From: Octopus sinensis
Lineage: Eukaryota
Reading direction: 5' to 3'
Assembly: GCF_006345805.1 (NCBI RefSeq)
Contig: NC_043008.1
Span: 51,708,001 to 51,772,000, forward strand
DNA length: 64,000 nucleotides
Shown: positions 25,546 to 39,030 of the stretch, in pieces
Layout: every line of letters begins with the position of its first letter
Numbering within the stretch: the stretch's first letter is position 1
Translations under genes and position numbers: made by a program
Notes under the pieces: generated by a model
Databases searched by the model: none
Told to the model about the DNA's origin: nothing
Seen by the model: the letters and a program-made list of their open reading frames with translations, nothing else

Positions 25546-25904
25546 ACACACTTATACATATACATACGTACACTTAAACATGCATAAACACATGTACATA
25601 TATTTCTATGTTTTTATATTCATATGTGAATGCATACCAAGGAATCAATTATTATTATTGGTAGGTGTATTATATTATTCTTATTAGATAAAGTATAAAC
25701 AGAGGAAGGAGAAAGTTATCAAAAGAGCAATAATAGTGGAATATAAAAACAATATTTCCTAAGATTATTGTAGTTATGTAGGAATGAAAAGGTATATAAA
25801 TGAGAAATACATAAATATATATACATATACATACACACACATATATACATACATATATATTTATGTACAAACATATCCCTATGTACATACATATTACATC
25901 TTCC

Positions 25905-27330
25905 CTTCTCAGCATATGTAAATCTACATATAAACATAGTAAATCTACATCACTCGCCAATCACATACATCATCTCAAAAATGCAAACATACCCTATACT
26001 CTATCATGGTCCATAATAGACTCAGGACTTCCCTACCGAGGTCAGCGCTCAATCTGCAAGCTAGTTTCTCACATATGCAACCATCTAATTATATTCATTT
26101 GCATATATACACATACACACCCATACACACGTATATATGTATGATTGAGGGTATGCCTGTATGCATACATGTGGGTATTTGTAAACATTTATACGCATGC
26201 AAAATTTAGATAACTGCACATGTGGGAACAATGATACACGAGGTTTGTATTTGTAATTTATCTCTATAACTTATCTGATATACATGTATATACATCTTCA
26301 CATAAATATTTTCTCAGAATAATTAACACTGCTTGACTTTGCCTTTCATCCTTTGGGGGTCGATAATTTAAGTACCATTTACGCACATGTGGGTCGATGT
26401 AATCGACTTAATCCATTTGTCTGTCCTTGATTGTCCCCTCTGTGTTTAGCCCCTTGTGGGTAATAAAGATATATATTTCCTTAATTCTTAATTCTTCATA
26501 TATTTGCCTCAATTAAAAGCTACTACTACACTTAGTACTTCCTCTACCCTCATTTCTCTATCATTTATACTATAATACCTTTCTCTCTCTACTTTCAAAC
26601 TACCCCCACTGACCACTGACCAATTTTTTTTTCCTTCTTTTCCTTATTCTCTTTATTCATACCTTCAGGGGTTTTATTCTTTATTTTTATTTTTACTAAT
26701 CTTCTTTTTTCTTTCTCTTTAATTCTTTCTTTCTCTTCTCCTTTTTTTTCTTTTTTCTTTTTCTTTGTCATTCCTCTCTTCCTGTTTTCAATATGACCAA
26801 ATTAATACACTTCCTATTTCTAGGTCAGTTTAAACACAAACCTGGAATCTGCTACTTTCTATATAAATTCCCTACTGGGAATGACCAACTTTAAGAGAAT
26901 CTTACATTGCTTATAAACTTTACTTTTGGATGGACTTTACATTTGGATTAAACTCTGTGGGACTTTTGGATTTTACTCAAAGGATATTGGAATAATACAC
27001 ATATATACCATTATGCCTATAAAACGAATTTATGAACTCAATAACCATACATATCTTACATCTATTTTCTTTCCTCCTCCTCGCTCTATTCATATCACAT
27101 TGAAACTATGACTTAACTTTTCCTCTCACACCTTCTCTGATGAAGGGATATTATTATTAATTAATATTCTAGAAACAGCTGTAAGACCTTCTATTTATAA
27201 ATGCTCTAATATCTATACAGCCTTGGGTTTTTTTTATCTCATTACGCAAAAAATTCTTATATACACATGCTGACATAGAACCAACTTTGAACCCTTTATT
27301 CGCAATATTACCGAATCTGGAACTTAACTA
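25905..27330 (+). mobile_element. PLE 3' remnant (GIY-YIG C-terminal half plus 3' region)
   Basis: STSLANHIHHLKNANIPYTLSWSIIDSGLPYRGQRSICKL parallels the endonuclease at 40028..40513; hammerhead at 27134; SINE inserted at about 26330..26468. Confidence 0.7.
27134..27186 (+). ncRNA. Minimal type I hammerhead motif
   Basis: tct CTGATGA agggatatta..taatattcta GAAA CAGCTG TA aga; basal stem II pair mismatched. Confidence 0.7.
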
Positions 27331-27398
27331 TGGTCTGTCTATAGCACTTATTCAGCATTACCTGACACCTCTGTGTCTCTTATAACCTCAACTTCTCG

Positions 27399-27448
<50 letters not shown>

Positions 27449-27453
<5 letters not shown>

Positions 27454-30452
27454 GGCTGGTGACTTCCATGGGCATGTTGGACAACATGCTGGGGGCTTCC
27501 ATGGTGTACATGGAAGCTACGGCTACGGTTCCCGCAATGAGGAGGGAACCAGGCTGCTGGAGTTCTGTGATGCGAATGATCTTATGGTCTGCAACACTAA
27601 CTTCAGGAAACCTACCAGCCACCTAGTCACCTACTGATCGGGCCGACATACTAGCCAAATAGACTACATCCTTGTCAGAAAAAGGGAAAGATGGCTACTT
27701 ATAAATGCCAAAACCTTCCCAGGCGAAGAATGTACCCCACAACATAGACTGGTAGTTAGTGACTTTAGGGTCAGCACTAAAAGGACGACCAGCATGGAGA
27801 AGAAGGAGTTGGAAGCTTAAAGATCTGGGGAATGGATAGAGATTTAGAGATATATTACTTGAAGCCTTTGACGAAATAGAGGGGGATATAGCTTCACATG
27901 AGGTAGAAGACAACTGGAGGTTTCTAAGGGACAACCTGCTGAGAGCCACTGACCAGATCTGTGGTTGGTGCAATTCCCCTCTAGACCCAAAATAACGTGG
28001 TGGTGAAACAATATTGTTGACAGGGCTATTAGACAAAAGAAACAGGCTTGGAAGAACGGTGGTAGCAGGGAAATGTATCAGACTGCCAGAAGGGAAGCTT
28101 AGGAGGCAGGTGTATTTAGCCAGAGGGGATGCAGATAAGAAAAAATTTGCCAATGCTCTGCGCCGTGAGGACCAAAGACTGGAGGTGTTTCGCGTTGCAA
28201 AACAGAGTGTGAGTGAGAATTGTGATGTGGTAGGAGAGAAATGTGTTCGCATAGATGATGGTTCACTTGCGCTAAACGAGGATGCAAAGAGAGGGGTTTG
28301 GAGATGCCACTATGAAAGGTTGCTGAATAAAGAAAATGAATGGGATAAAGAGAGTCTGCCGAATGTCATCCCAACAGAGGGACCAGCTATCTGAGTTGAC
28401 AGTTCCTCGATAGATAAGGCAATTAGAATCATGAAGACTGGGAAAGCCCCAGGCCCATCAGGAATCACTGCAGAGATGCTTAAAATATCTGGTAGTGTTG
28501 GCTATAGCCTAGTCACCCATATAGTTAACCACGTGATACACGAAGGAGACATTCCCAATGACTGGTGTAGCAGCATAATAGTCAACTGCTACAAAGGTAA
28601 AGGTGACACCCTAGATACAAATAACTACAGGTGTATCAAGCTGTTGGATCAGGTAATGAAGGTTACAGAGAGCGTCATAGCCCAACTAATTAGAGAGAGA
28701 GTTAGTTTAGATGAGATGCAGTTTGGGTTCGTGCCAGAGAAAAGTACCACTGATGCTATATTCCTGGTAAGGCAGCTGCAGGAGAAATACCTAGCCAAAG
28801 ATAAGCCCCTGTACCTGGCTTGTGTTGACATGGAGAAATCCTTCGACAGGGTCCCCCGATTCCTTATCTGGTGGTCAGTGAGGAAACTAGGGATAGATGA
28901 ATGGTTAGTGAGAGCTGTACGAGCCATGTACAGGGATGCTGCTAGTAAGGTGAGGGTTGGCGACGAGTACAGTGAAGAATTCCGAGTAGAGGTAGGGGTC
29001 CACCAAGTTCAGTCCTCAGCCCCCTCCTATTTATCATAGTCCTCCAGGCAATAACGGAGGAATTCAAGACAGGATGCCCCTGGGAGCTCCTCTATGCTGA
29101 TGACCTTGCTCAAATTGCTGAGTCACTATCAGAACTGGAGGAGAAGTTTCAGTTGTGGAAGCAAGGATTAGAATTGAAGGGCCTTATAGTCAACCTAGCT
29201 AAAACCAAAGTCCTAATAAGTAGGAAGGTAGAAAATCACAAACGCAGGTAGGAACTCTATAAGATGCACCAAGTGTAAACTATGGACACATAAGAGGTGC
29301 AGCAATGTCAAGGGAAGGCTAACTAGGAAAATAGTTTTTGTATGTGGCAGATGCTCAGGAGCAATAAACACTGAAAATGCTCTGAGACCAACTTCTGCCA
29401 CATTCCATGGAGAAAAACTAGAAATAGTTGATAGCTTCCGTTACCTAGGTGACCAAGTCAGCAGCGGGGGTGGGTGCACTGAAAGTGTAAATGCTAGAGT
29501 AAGAATAGCCTGGGTTAAGTTCAGAGAGCTCTTACCTCTGCTGGTGAAAAAAGGCCTCTCGCACAGAGTGAAAAGCAGATTGTATGATGCGTGTGTACGA
29601 ACAGCTATGCTACATGGCAGTGAAACATGGGCCGTGACTGCTGAGTTAATGCATAAGCTTGCAAGAAATGAAGCCAGTATGCTCCGATGGATGTGTAATG
29701 TCAGTGTTCATACTCGACAGAGTGTAAGTACCTTGAGAGAAAAGTTGGACCTAGGAAGCATCAGTTGTGGTGTGCAAGAGAGACGTTTGCACTGATATGG
29801 CCATGTGGCAAGAATGAATGAAGACAGCTGTGTGAAAAAGTGCCACACACTAGCGGTTGAGGAATCCTTTGGAAGGGGTAAACCCAGGAACACCTGGGAC
29901 GAGGTGGTGAAGCACGACCTTCGAACTTTAGGGCTCACCGAGGAAATGACTAGAGACCGAGACCTATGGAAGTATGCTGTACGTGAGAAGACCCGGCAGA
30001 ACAAGTGAGACCATAACCCGTGGCTTCTACATACCTTTTCCTTCTTGGGACACGAAACTACTTGTGAAGACCAGTTGAGGCAAGTGAGAAATCAAAATCA
30101 GAATCAAAATCGAAAGCGATCAACATCAATGGAAATTGTAGCTGTAAGGGGCACGTAAGAGAACCATCCGAACGTGGCCATTGCCAGCTTCATCTGGCCT
30201 CCGTGCCGGTGGCATGTAAAAAGTACCATCCGATCGTGGTCGTTTGCCAGCCTCGTCTGGCACCTGTGTCGGTGGCACGTAAAAAGCACCCACTACACTC
30301 ACGGAGTGGTTGGCGTTAGGAAGGGCATCCAGCCGTAGAAACATTGCCAGATCAGACTGGGCCTGGTGCTGCCTTCTGGCTTCCCAGACCCCCGTTGAAC
30401 CAGCCAACCCATGCTAGCATGGAAAGCGGACGCTTAACGATGATGATGATGA
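27449..30452 (+). mobile_element. RTE LINE, 5'-truncated within the APE endonuclease, frameshifted
   Basis: AGDFHGHVG..RNEEGTRLLEFC..NTNFRK..IDYIL endonuclease motifs; RT in ORFs 28431..29039 and 29544..29795; full 3' UTR and (GAT)n tail; inserted in (TA)n. Confidence 0.95.
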
Positions 30453-30639
30453 TATATATATACATATATATATATACATATATATAGAGAGAGAGGGGAG
30501 ATAGATAGATAGATATATCATCGTAGACTCTCCTTCATTAGATGACTTATGAGAGTTTGGTAAATTCTTGCCAAACAACCACACAGATGATTTCTTTATA
30601 ATGATTAACTGTTTGTGTACGCATAAGTTCATTCCTCCC

Positions 30640-30822
30640 ATCAAATCGACATTACCTGTACATGTGCACCATGTGCCACATGTCAGATGATGAAATGATC
30701 ACAGAGCAATGTGAAATGAAATGCTTTGCTCAAGAATACAACATAAATCCTCGTCTGGGAATTGAACCCACGATCTCACAATCATGATTTCAACACCCTA
30801 ACCACTAAGCCATGTGCCTTCA
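30640..30822 (-). mobile_element. Third tRNA-derived SINE
   Basis: Minus strand GGCTTAGTGGTTAGGGTG (A box) and GGGTTCAATTCCC (B box) followed by a non-tRNA body. Confidence 0.6.
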
Positions 30823-30870
30823 CATTTATATATCTTTCATACATACACACACACACATATTTCACATATA

Positions 30871-31033
30871 GGCGCAGGAGTGGCTGTGTGGTAAGTATCT
30901 TGCTTACCAACCACATGGATCTGGGTTCAGTCCAACTGCGTGGCACATTGAGCAAGTGTCTTCTTCTATAGCCTTGGGCTGACCAATGCTTTGTGAGTGG
31001 ATTTGATTGAGGGAAACTGAATGAAGCCCTTCA

Positions 31034-31074
<41 letters not shown>

Positions 31075-31160
31075 TGTATGTATATGTATGTATGTATATA
31101 TATGTATATATATATGTTTGTATGTCTGTCTTGGTCTCCCCCAGCATTGCTTAACAACTG
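30871..31160 (+). mobile_element. tRNA-derived SINE 5' half with internal microsatellite
   Basis: GGCGCAGGAGTGGCTGTGTGGTAAG..GGGTTCAGTCC head; the matching 3' half lies at 32930..33140. Confidence 0.75.
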
Positions 31161-31248
31161 AGGGCATGTCTGAAAGGGCCACTATGAACAGCAGTGGCCC
31201 CAAGACAGTGCCCTGTGGAACACCGCTTGTTATTTGTGTTTCCTTGTA
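31156..31248 (-). mobile_element. ~90-bp RT fragment of a CR1/L2-type LINE
   Basis: ITSGVPQGTVLGPLLFIVALSDMP RT motif. Confidence 0.75.
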
Positions 31249-31274
31249 CATATATGTATATGTATGTATGTATA

Positions 31275-31304
<30 letters not shown>

Positions 31305-31305
<1 letters not shown>

Positions 31306-32892
31306 GAAAAGGTGTAGGTAGAAACTCTATAAGATGTACCCAGTGTAAGCTATGGACACATAAGAGGTGCAGCAATGTCAAAGGTAGGCTAACTGGGAAG
31401 ATAGTTTTTGTATGTGGCAGATGCTCGGGAGCATTAACCTCCGAAAATCTGCAGAAAACAACTTCCGTCACTTTCCAGGGGGAAAAACTAGAAGTAGTTG
31501 ATAGCTTCCGTTATCTAGGTGACCAAGTCAGTAGTGGGGGTGGGTGCGCTGAAAGTGTAACTGCTAGAATAAGAATAGCCTGGGCAAAGTTTAGGGAGCT
31601 CTTACCTCTGCTGGTGACTAAAGGCCTCTCGCTCAGAGTAAAAGGCAGACTGTATGATGCGTGTGTACGAACAGCCATGCTACATGGCAGCGAAACATGG
31701 GCCGTGACTGCTGAGGACATGCGTAAGCTCGTGAGGAATGAAGCCAGTATGCTCCGATGGATGTGTAATGTCAGTGTACATACTCGACAGAGCGTTAGCA
31801 CCTTGAGAGAAATGTTGTACCTAAGAAGCATCAGTTGTGGTGTGCAAGAGAGACGATTGCGCTGGTATGGTCATGTGGCGAGAATGTATAAAGATGGGTG
31901 TGTGAGAAAGTGCCAATCCCTAGCAGTTGAGGGAACCCGTGGAAGAGGTAAACCCAGGAAAACCTGGGACGAGGTGGTGAAGCACGACCTTCGAACTTTA
32001 GGCCTCACTGAGGAAATGACCAGCGACCGAGACCTTTGGAAATATTCTGTACGTGAGAAGACCAGGCAGGACAAGTGAGCCCAGCCCACTTATGAATGCC
32101 TTTCCCCCCTTGGACGCAAAGACCGGTTGAGGCAAGCGAAGTCGATATAGAACCTCACCCGACGACAGACACCCATGCCAACCCCCCATGCTTGCGAAGA
32201 CATGTTGGGGCAATCGAAATCGAAACCGAATTGAACCAGCCAGGATCCCTGGCCTGGTGGTACGTAAAAAGCACTATCCGACTCGTGGCCGTGGCACGTA
32301 GAATACTCCAATGCGACCGTACGACAGGCACCCATGCCAACCCCCCTTTGCTTGTGAAGACATGTTGGGGCAAGCGAAATCGAAATCGAATTGAACTAGC
32401 CAGGATCCCTGGTCTGGTGGTACGTAAAAAGCACTATCCGACTCGCGGCCGTGGCACGTAAAATACTCCAATGCGACCGTACGACAGGCACCCATGCCAA
32501 CCCCCTTTGCTTGTGAAGACATGTTGGGGCAAGCGAAATCGAAATCGAAATCGAATTGAACCAGCCAGGATCCCTGGTCTGGTGGTACGTAAAAAGCACT
32601 ATCCGACTCGTGGCCGATGCCAGCACCGCCTCGACTGGCTTCCGTGCCGGTGGCACATAAAATACACCAATCTGACCGTGGCCGTTGCCAGCCCCGCCTG
32701 GCACCTGTGCAGGTGGCACGTAAAAAGCACCCACTACACTCACGGAGTGGTTGGCGTTAGGAAGGGCATCCAGCTGTAGAAACATTGCCAGATTAGACTG
32801 GAGCCTGGTGCAGCCTTCTGGCTTCCCAGAACCCTGGTCGAACCGTCCAACCCATGCTAGCATGGAGAACGGACGTTAAACGATGATGATGA

Positions 32893-32895
<3 letters not shown>
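31305..32895 (+). mobile_element. 5'-truncated RTE LINE with internally amplified 3' UTR
   Basis: ORF 31614..32078 KGLSLRVKGRLYDACVRTAMLHGSETW..RLRWYGHVAR; (GAT)n tail at about 32882-32895. Confidence 0.92.
32164..32612 (+). repeat. Tandem ~160-bp repeat, about 2.8 copies
   Basis: GACAG(G/A)CACCCATGCC recurs at 32164, 32323 and 32483. Confidence 0.9.
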
Positions 32896-32935
<40 letters not shown>

Positions 32936-33792
32936 TGTATGTTTGTCTTGGTCTCCCCCAAAATTGCTTGACAACTGATGTTGGTGTGTTTATGTCCCTG
33001 TAACTTAGTGGTTCGGCAGAAGATATTAATAGAAAAAGTACTAGTCTTACAAAAGAATAAGACCTGGGGTCGATTCGTTTGACTAAAGGACGGTGCTCCA
33101 GCATGGCCAGTCAAATGACAAACAAGTAAAAAGAAAAGGATATATATATCCTTCTCTTTCTCTCTCCTCACATACCCACCTTCCCCTTCCCCCTTCATCG
33201 TCAAACCTCCCCCATAAGCCCACCCCACCCCTACACATTCCTACTCCACCTTTCCTATCCTTCCCATCCCCCCATCCTATCCCCTACACCCTCTCCCACC
33301 TCTACCCCCACCCACATACCCCAAACCCCAGCCAAACCCACACCCCACCCATGCTTTCCCCACTCCCGCCTCCCAACAACATCACACCATACAACATTAC
33401 ACATCACAACACACCACCCACACACTAGCACTGACCAATTCCCATCCCCACATTTTCACACCTACACATGCATACACGCACATGTCCAGACCACCAGCCC
33501 TCTTTCACATGCACATACATACTCTCTTATACACACATGCACCTTCGTGTTGGGGGGGTCATCTTTACTTTGTTATCTCCCCTACTTCTTCGCTCTCCTG
33601 TGTGATCCTGCTGTCTGGCAGTCGCCATGATAGATCGGTAGCCACTACACACATTTTTTCTCTCCTTGTTTTTTTTTTCTGTGTCCCTTTCGAAACATAA
33701 AAGACTTTTTCTATTCCTGAGCATTATACTAATACATCTGTTTGTTTTGTACACCACCTGTCTTCGTCTTTTGTTTTTTTCATGAACTCTCC

Positions 33793-33829
<37 letters not shown>

Positions 33830-34018
33830 AGATAGGGGTTGTAAATTCAACCCTCCATGGGATAACATATATCCAATATACTGCTAGAGAAGTACCCAAC
33901 AAAGCTAATACATAAATGTTAAAAATTGCGATGCAATTAATTCATTTACTGTATTAGGTGATTCGGTATTATCGGATAGTTGATGATTGATTTAGATATA
34001 TTTCTCCATTTTCTCATT

Positions 34019-34049
<31 letters not shown>

Positions 34050-34723
34050 TTTCTCATATGCATATACACACGGCAGTACTTCCACCTACCAAATTCACTC
34101 ACAAGCTTTTGGTCAGTTTGAGGCTATAGTAGAAGTCACTTGTCCAAGGTGCCTTATAGTAGGACTGAACCTGAAACCATGTGAATGGGAAGTAAACTAC
34201 CCCAGACAGTCATACCTGTTCGGCCCCTTCATCATAGTGATCAACTTCAGCTCCAAGCATGAAACTGCCCCCGTTACATCTGCCCTAGGATTTGTAGTTC
34301 TGTGCACTGCATGGAGATGTCAATAGTCCAGGTGATATTTAAAAAGCACCCAGTTTAAGCTTTGAAGGGGTTGGTGTTAGGAAGGGTGCCCAGCTTGAAA
34401 GACTGTGTCAAAACAGACACTGGAGCTTGATGCAGTCCTTGGTTGCATTAGATCTAGTCAAACCATCAATCTCATGCCAGCATAGTATATGGATATTAAA
34501 TGATTATGATATATGTATATACACGTATGTGTGTGTGTAGACTAATTCAAATGATTTTTGACTGAGAATCAGAGTCCTGGCTGTACATTATAAATGTTTT
34601 ACTATCATTGTCATCAACAGCATGAAGATAATGATTATAATCTTTACTATCATCATTGTCATCATCATCAAACCATTCTAAATACTATACTGTTGTTAAC
34701 TTTGTTGAACTATTTTATTTTAG

Positions 34724-34795
34724 GCACATGTTGAAAATCCAGATCTTCCAGCAAAGTATGTCGGCAACTGCTCATCAGCTTGTAACTACAAGAAG
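34724..34795 (+). CDS. Possible 72-nt exon
   Basis: tattttattttag acceptor and AAG|gtgaat donor; open in phase 0 (AHVENPDLPAKYVGNCSSACNYKK) and in phase 2. Confidence 0.3.
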
Positions 34796-35889
34796 GTGAA
34801 TTTAGAAAAATGTAAGATTTTTGTTTTAGAGCTCTTCTTTATTCTTTTCTTTTTTGTTTTTCTTTCTCCTTTAAACTCCTTAAGGAATATTTTTCACTTA
34901 CACACACAAACATACACACACACACACATGTACACTCATGCACAGACACCCATGCACACACACACACATATACACACACTCTTGCTCACATTTGCACACA
35001 CACACTCATGCACCACACACACAAACACACAGATGTGTACATACAGACTCATTACACATACACACATGCACATACACACACATGTACACACACACATGTA
35101 CAAACACACACTCATGTACACATACATGTACACACGCATACTGACACACATACACACTCATGCACAGACACACAAACATGTATGCAAATACACACACACA
35201 CACAAACATGCATGCACATACACACACACATGTGCACACACACATGCGCACACACACAAAGAAATGTAATAATTGTAAGATTAATATGCTCAACTGTGAA
35301 GATCAGTATTATGAGCTCAAATTTTATTGTTCCTATTCAATCCCTGGGGAAGACATTTTCTACATTTAGTGGTTCAATTCACAGTTGTGTTGTCAGCAAT
35401 AAAAAAGACAAACAACTGTAAAATCAATATCTCCAGTCAATCACATGTCATTATTGAAATTTTCAAGAACTTTTCCAACCAATGTTGACACATGAAAATG
35501 GATAAAAATGTAATACTTTTTAAAATGGCTAAAGCATTAATGTTGCTCAGAGTTTAAGAATTTGGACAAATAATTTTAGGGTTGATTTACTGAATGATGT
35601 ATGCAGAAAATTATTAATTATTTGAAATCTTCATGTTTGTATGGAAAAAGAAAGAAGAATCTAGCTGCAATTATTGGCAGCTGATGTATTAAGCTGTCAT
35701 GTGGTTACTGGAAGTGAGAGACGAAGAGAAAGAGAGAGAAATGATAACGACGTAAAGAGGGGAATAACATGGCTAAAGTATTTGTTGAAGTGAGAGGTAG
35801 AGAGAAAGAGAGAGAGAGAGAAAAATGTTAAATGTTTAGCAGAGGGAAATTTTAAACATCAAATAATATACATTATTTACATTATTTAC

Positions 35890-37135
35890 AATTGACAGAT
35901 ATTTGTCCTCATCTTGCTTATTGCTAACACAACGTTTTGGCTGATATACCCTCCAGCCTTCATCTAGCGTCTTGGGGAAATTTCGAACCTAGGTTATCAT
36001 CCCTAAGGTATTTTTCGATGTTGTTATTATTATTACTATTATTATTATTATTATTTTTATTATTCAGGACACTGCCTGGAATTGAACTTGGAATCTTGGG
36101 GGTTAGTAGCCTGTGCACTTAACCACTATGCCATATGCCTGTGGGCAATTATGGAGTGAATTTTAGGGCTTATAAATCTAATATTCTCCTATCCTTCCTT
36201 AATACTGGTTCCCCTATGCTGTTCATATCTGCACTCAGTCTGATTAGGAGGTTGTTGTGTCCTAGCATATGTGCTGCTTCTTTTAGTTTTCGAATTTTCC
36301 AGTGTTGTTCTCTGTCTATTATTTTAACTTCATCCCATAGGTGGAGTTGGTTTCCATTTTTCCATACATGATCAGCTTTACTCAATTTATCAATATCTCC
36401 CCATGTCACAGTTTGCGATGTTCCTCTACCCTTATTTTGAGGGGGTGGCATGTTTCATCTTTGTATAACCTACCACAGCTGCATGTGATGGAGTACATGC
36501 AGTTCTTAGTCATATTCTCTTCTATTGGTGGTTTTACTCGAAGGAGATATTTGCAAAGTGTTGTATTACTTTTGAATACTGTCCTGATACCATATGGGCT
36601 GCATATCTTTTGTATCTTTTTGGAGAGGCCTTTTACAAAGGGTAGACAGATGTGTACAGTTTATCAGTTTCATCCTTTCTTTTGTTCATAATTGGAGTGG
36701 AGAGTATGCTTTTGGGGTAGTTGTTGCTCATTAGATTGTTACTGAGCTTGATCATTTCTTCGTGGTGGGTATCACGATCGCTACTTATATTCATTGCTCA
36801 ATGTTTTAGTCACTGAGCAATCCCTCTCTTTACACTGTATGGATGGTGGGATTTGAAGTTGAGGTATCGTCCAGTGAAGGTCGGCTTGCAGTATATGGAT
36901 GTCCTGAATCCATACTTGGTACATGTTATTAATATGTGCAGGAATGCTAGCTGATTGTCTTTCTCTTTTTCCATTGTGAACTGTATGGATGGCTTTATTG
37001 AGTTCACATGATCTAACAGCACTTGGACATCTTCCTGGTGGGGGCCAGAGTATGAAGGTGTCATCAACATATCGCAGCCATAGGATTGGTTTTAGTGGTA
37101 TTGATCCTAAAGCCGAATTTTCAAAGTACTCTGAA
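35890..37135 (-). mobile_element. PLE (Penelope/Poseidon type), 5'-truncated, with decayed hammerhead-like 3' end
   Basis: YFENSALGSIPLKPILWLRYVDDTF, IQFTMEKEKDNQLAFL..YLNFKSHHP and HLWDEVKIIDREQHWKIRKLKEA. Confidence 0.88.
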
Positions 37136-38602
37136 AACCCCTAATATCTTCACAACCACTTGTTCGATTTATGCAAATTTTGTTCTATTCCATTCATATT
37201 TACATTTCAGGATAACTTATTTCATAGTATTTTCCCATTATGCGCCAGTTTGGCTGGATAACATTGGAAGCAAGCAATATATACACACATATATTCTACC
37301 CTTAAATTTTCTTGCAACAAAATGTGAACTACAGTTTACCAATCTTGTCCCAATAATGAAGGAAGTCAGCTTAATGCATCAGCTGGCAATAATGCCACTA
37401 TTCTCTCCCCCACCCCTTGCTCACTCTTTGCATCCATCTACTGCTTGCATATCCTTTACTTTTTGCACATCCTATCTGTTAATCGCAAGCATTGCAAATA
37501 TTACATATTTCTGAACTCCGAGAAGCGGGCATTGGACTTAAAAACAATGCATTATCCCTTTCATTTCCATGTAAATTTAGTTTGCAAATATATAAATATT
37601 TATATTCTTAAACATGGGTGTTCATCATCTGAGTATTTACAGTTTTTATTTCTTTCCATGTATATCCCTATATATCCCTATATATATATATATGCATGTA
37701 TGTATGTATGTATATACTACATATGTGGGAAATTCTGTCTGTGGGTGTGTTTGTGGAGTTGTTAGCTAACTCCTCCTACATCATTTTATCAATTTTGATG
37801 ACACTTGACATATGAGTAGAACTCATGCCTAGAAACCTCATGGCATACTCAAATTGTTAAAAAAATTGATAATAGGGACCCTGGAAGGGATCCTTATATC
37901 TAGCCAAGGAAAATAACCCATTTATTTTCCTAAATTATTTGGTAAAAATGAAATTGAGTATTCTTATTTCTTATTATTTGAACTGTTAGAGTTGTTTTCG
38001 CAATTTATCCTGTACTACCTTTAAACAAGTAAATAGTATTTTCCTAAACAATAGGTCCACTTATTTTGGTTAGTGACTTATTCATGAATATATCAACACT
38101 AGCACCTCTGAAGGTAATTTTCTCTGGGAACACACAAAAGCCCTTTTCAGAGTTATTTACTTTGAATTGTTATTATCTCATATCTGATTAGCCAGTTATT
38201 ATGTAACATGCTTCATGATTTCAGTATACATACCTTATTAGTATTTCCTCCTATGTTATATATACTCTGAGAATGCATTAAAGCCCTTTTCAGAGCTACT
38301 TTATTTGAATTCTTACTATCGGGTAACTAATTTCATGTCATTACATAACTGACCTCACAATTTAGGTATTCATAACTTATTGGGAAGTCTCAAAAATGAG
38401 ATCCTGTCTAAGACAGTTCAGTATTCTCTGTAAATGCACAAAACCTGTTTTTAGGGCTACATACTTTGTATTGTTGTTATTGGATTAGTGAAACAATTAT
38501 GAGAACAGAACCAAACAATAAGCCCCACTTTCCCGGGAATTACCAGGTACGCCAGCTAGTATGTATGTGTGTGTATATATATATATATATATATAAGATA
38601 AA

Positions 38603-38862
38603 ACTTACTTGGAAAAGGATGCATGGCATTCGATCACATAATAATATAAATAATATATAAATATATGCATGTATACATATATATATATGTACATACATAC
38701 ATATATATGTATATATACATGCATATATGGGTGCAGGACATAAAAAAAAACGTTGAACACAATGAGAAACGAAAACAGAAACAAAAACATAGAAACAAGA
38801 CATACAACATACAGAATATTCCCCTTCTTCAGTTGTCCCTGTTTCATCTACTCCATGTTTCG

Positions 38863-38865
<3 letters not shown>
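38603..38865 (+). repeat. Dispersed repeat, direct copy at 41658..41955
   Basis: GGAAAAGGAT..GGCATTCGATCACATAATAA..GAACACAATGAGAAACGAAAAC..GAATATTCCCCTTCTTCAGTTGTCCCTG is shared. Confidence 0.85.
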
Positions 38866-38899
<34 letters not shown>

Positions 38900-39030
38900 T
38901 GAAATGGATAAATGAATTATCTTGTAACGGATTATTCAAATTATAACCGATACCTGGGTAGCAAAAATCACAACAGACAAATCACGGTTGGGGTATCGCA
39001 ACCGTGCCTTAGTGCGGATAATTGAAGTTT

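Noticed and set aside
29095-29105. CTGATGA here and near 56077 as hammerhead cores
   Set aside because: They encode the RT YADD motif and have no stems or GAAA partner
30871-30950. tRNA-like A/B boxes here and in other SINE heads
   Set aside because: No complete cloverleaf; they continue into SINE bodies
32164-32612. Regularly spaced repeats as a CRISPR-like array
   Set aside because: Whole units are repeated with no unique spacers, inside a eukaryotic LINE UTR
35925-35975. Hammerhead at the 3' end of the Poseidon-type PLE
   Set aside because: Both core strands are mutated (TAGATGA, AAAA), so it is treated as a dead remnant
37075-37135. Plus-strand FSGID..EFSK resembling exon C
   Set aside because: It is the antisense of the PLE RT motif YFENSAL..WLRYVDD. 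This shows that short by-eye matches in this region can be spurious
38130-38320. ~35-bp direct repeat about 143 bp apart with a possible minus-strand mini-exon
   Set aside because: The second copy has a stop in the equivalent frame and there is no other support
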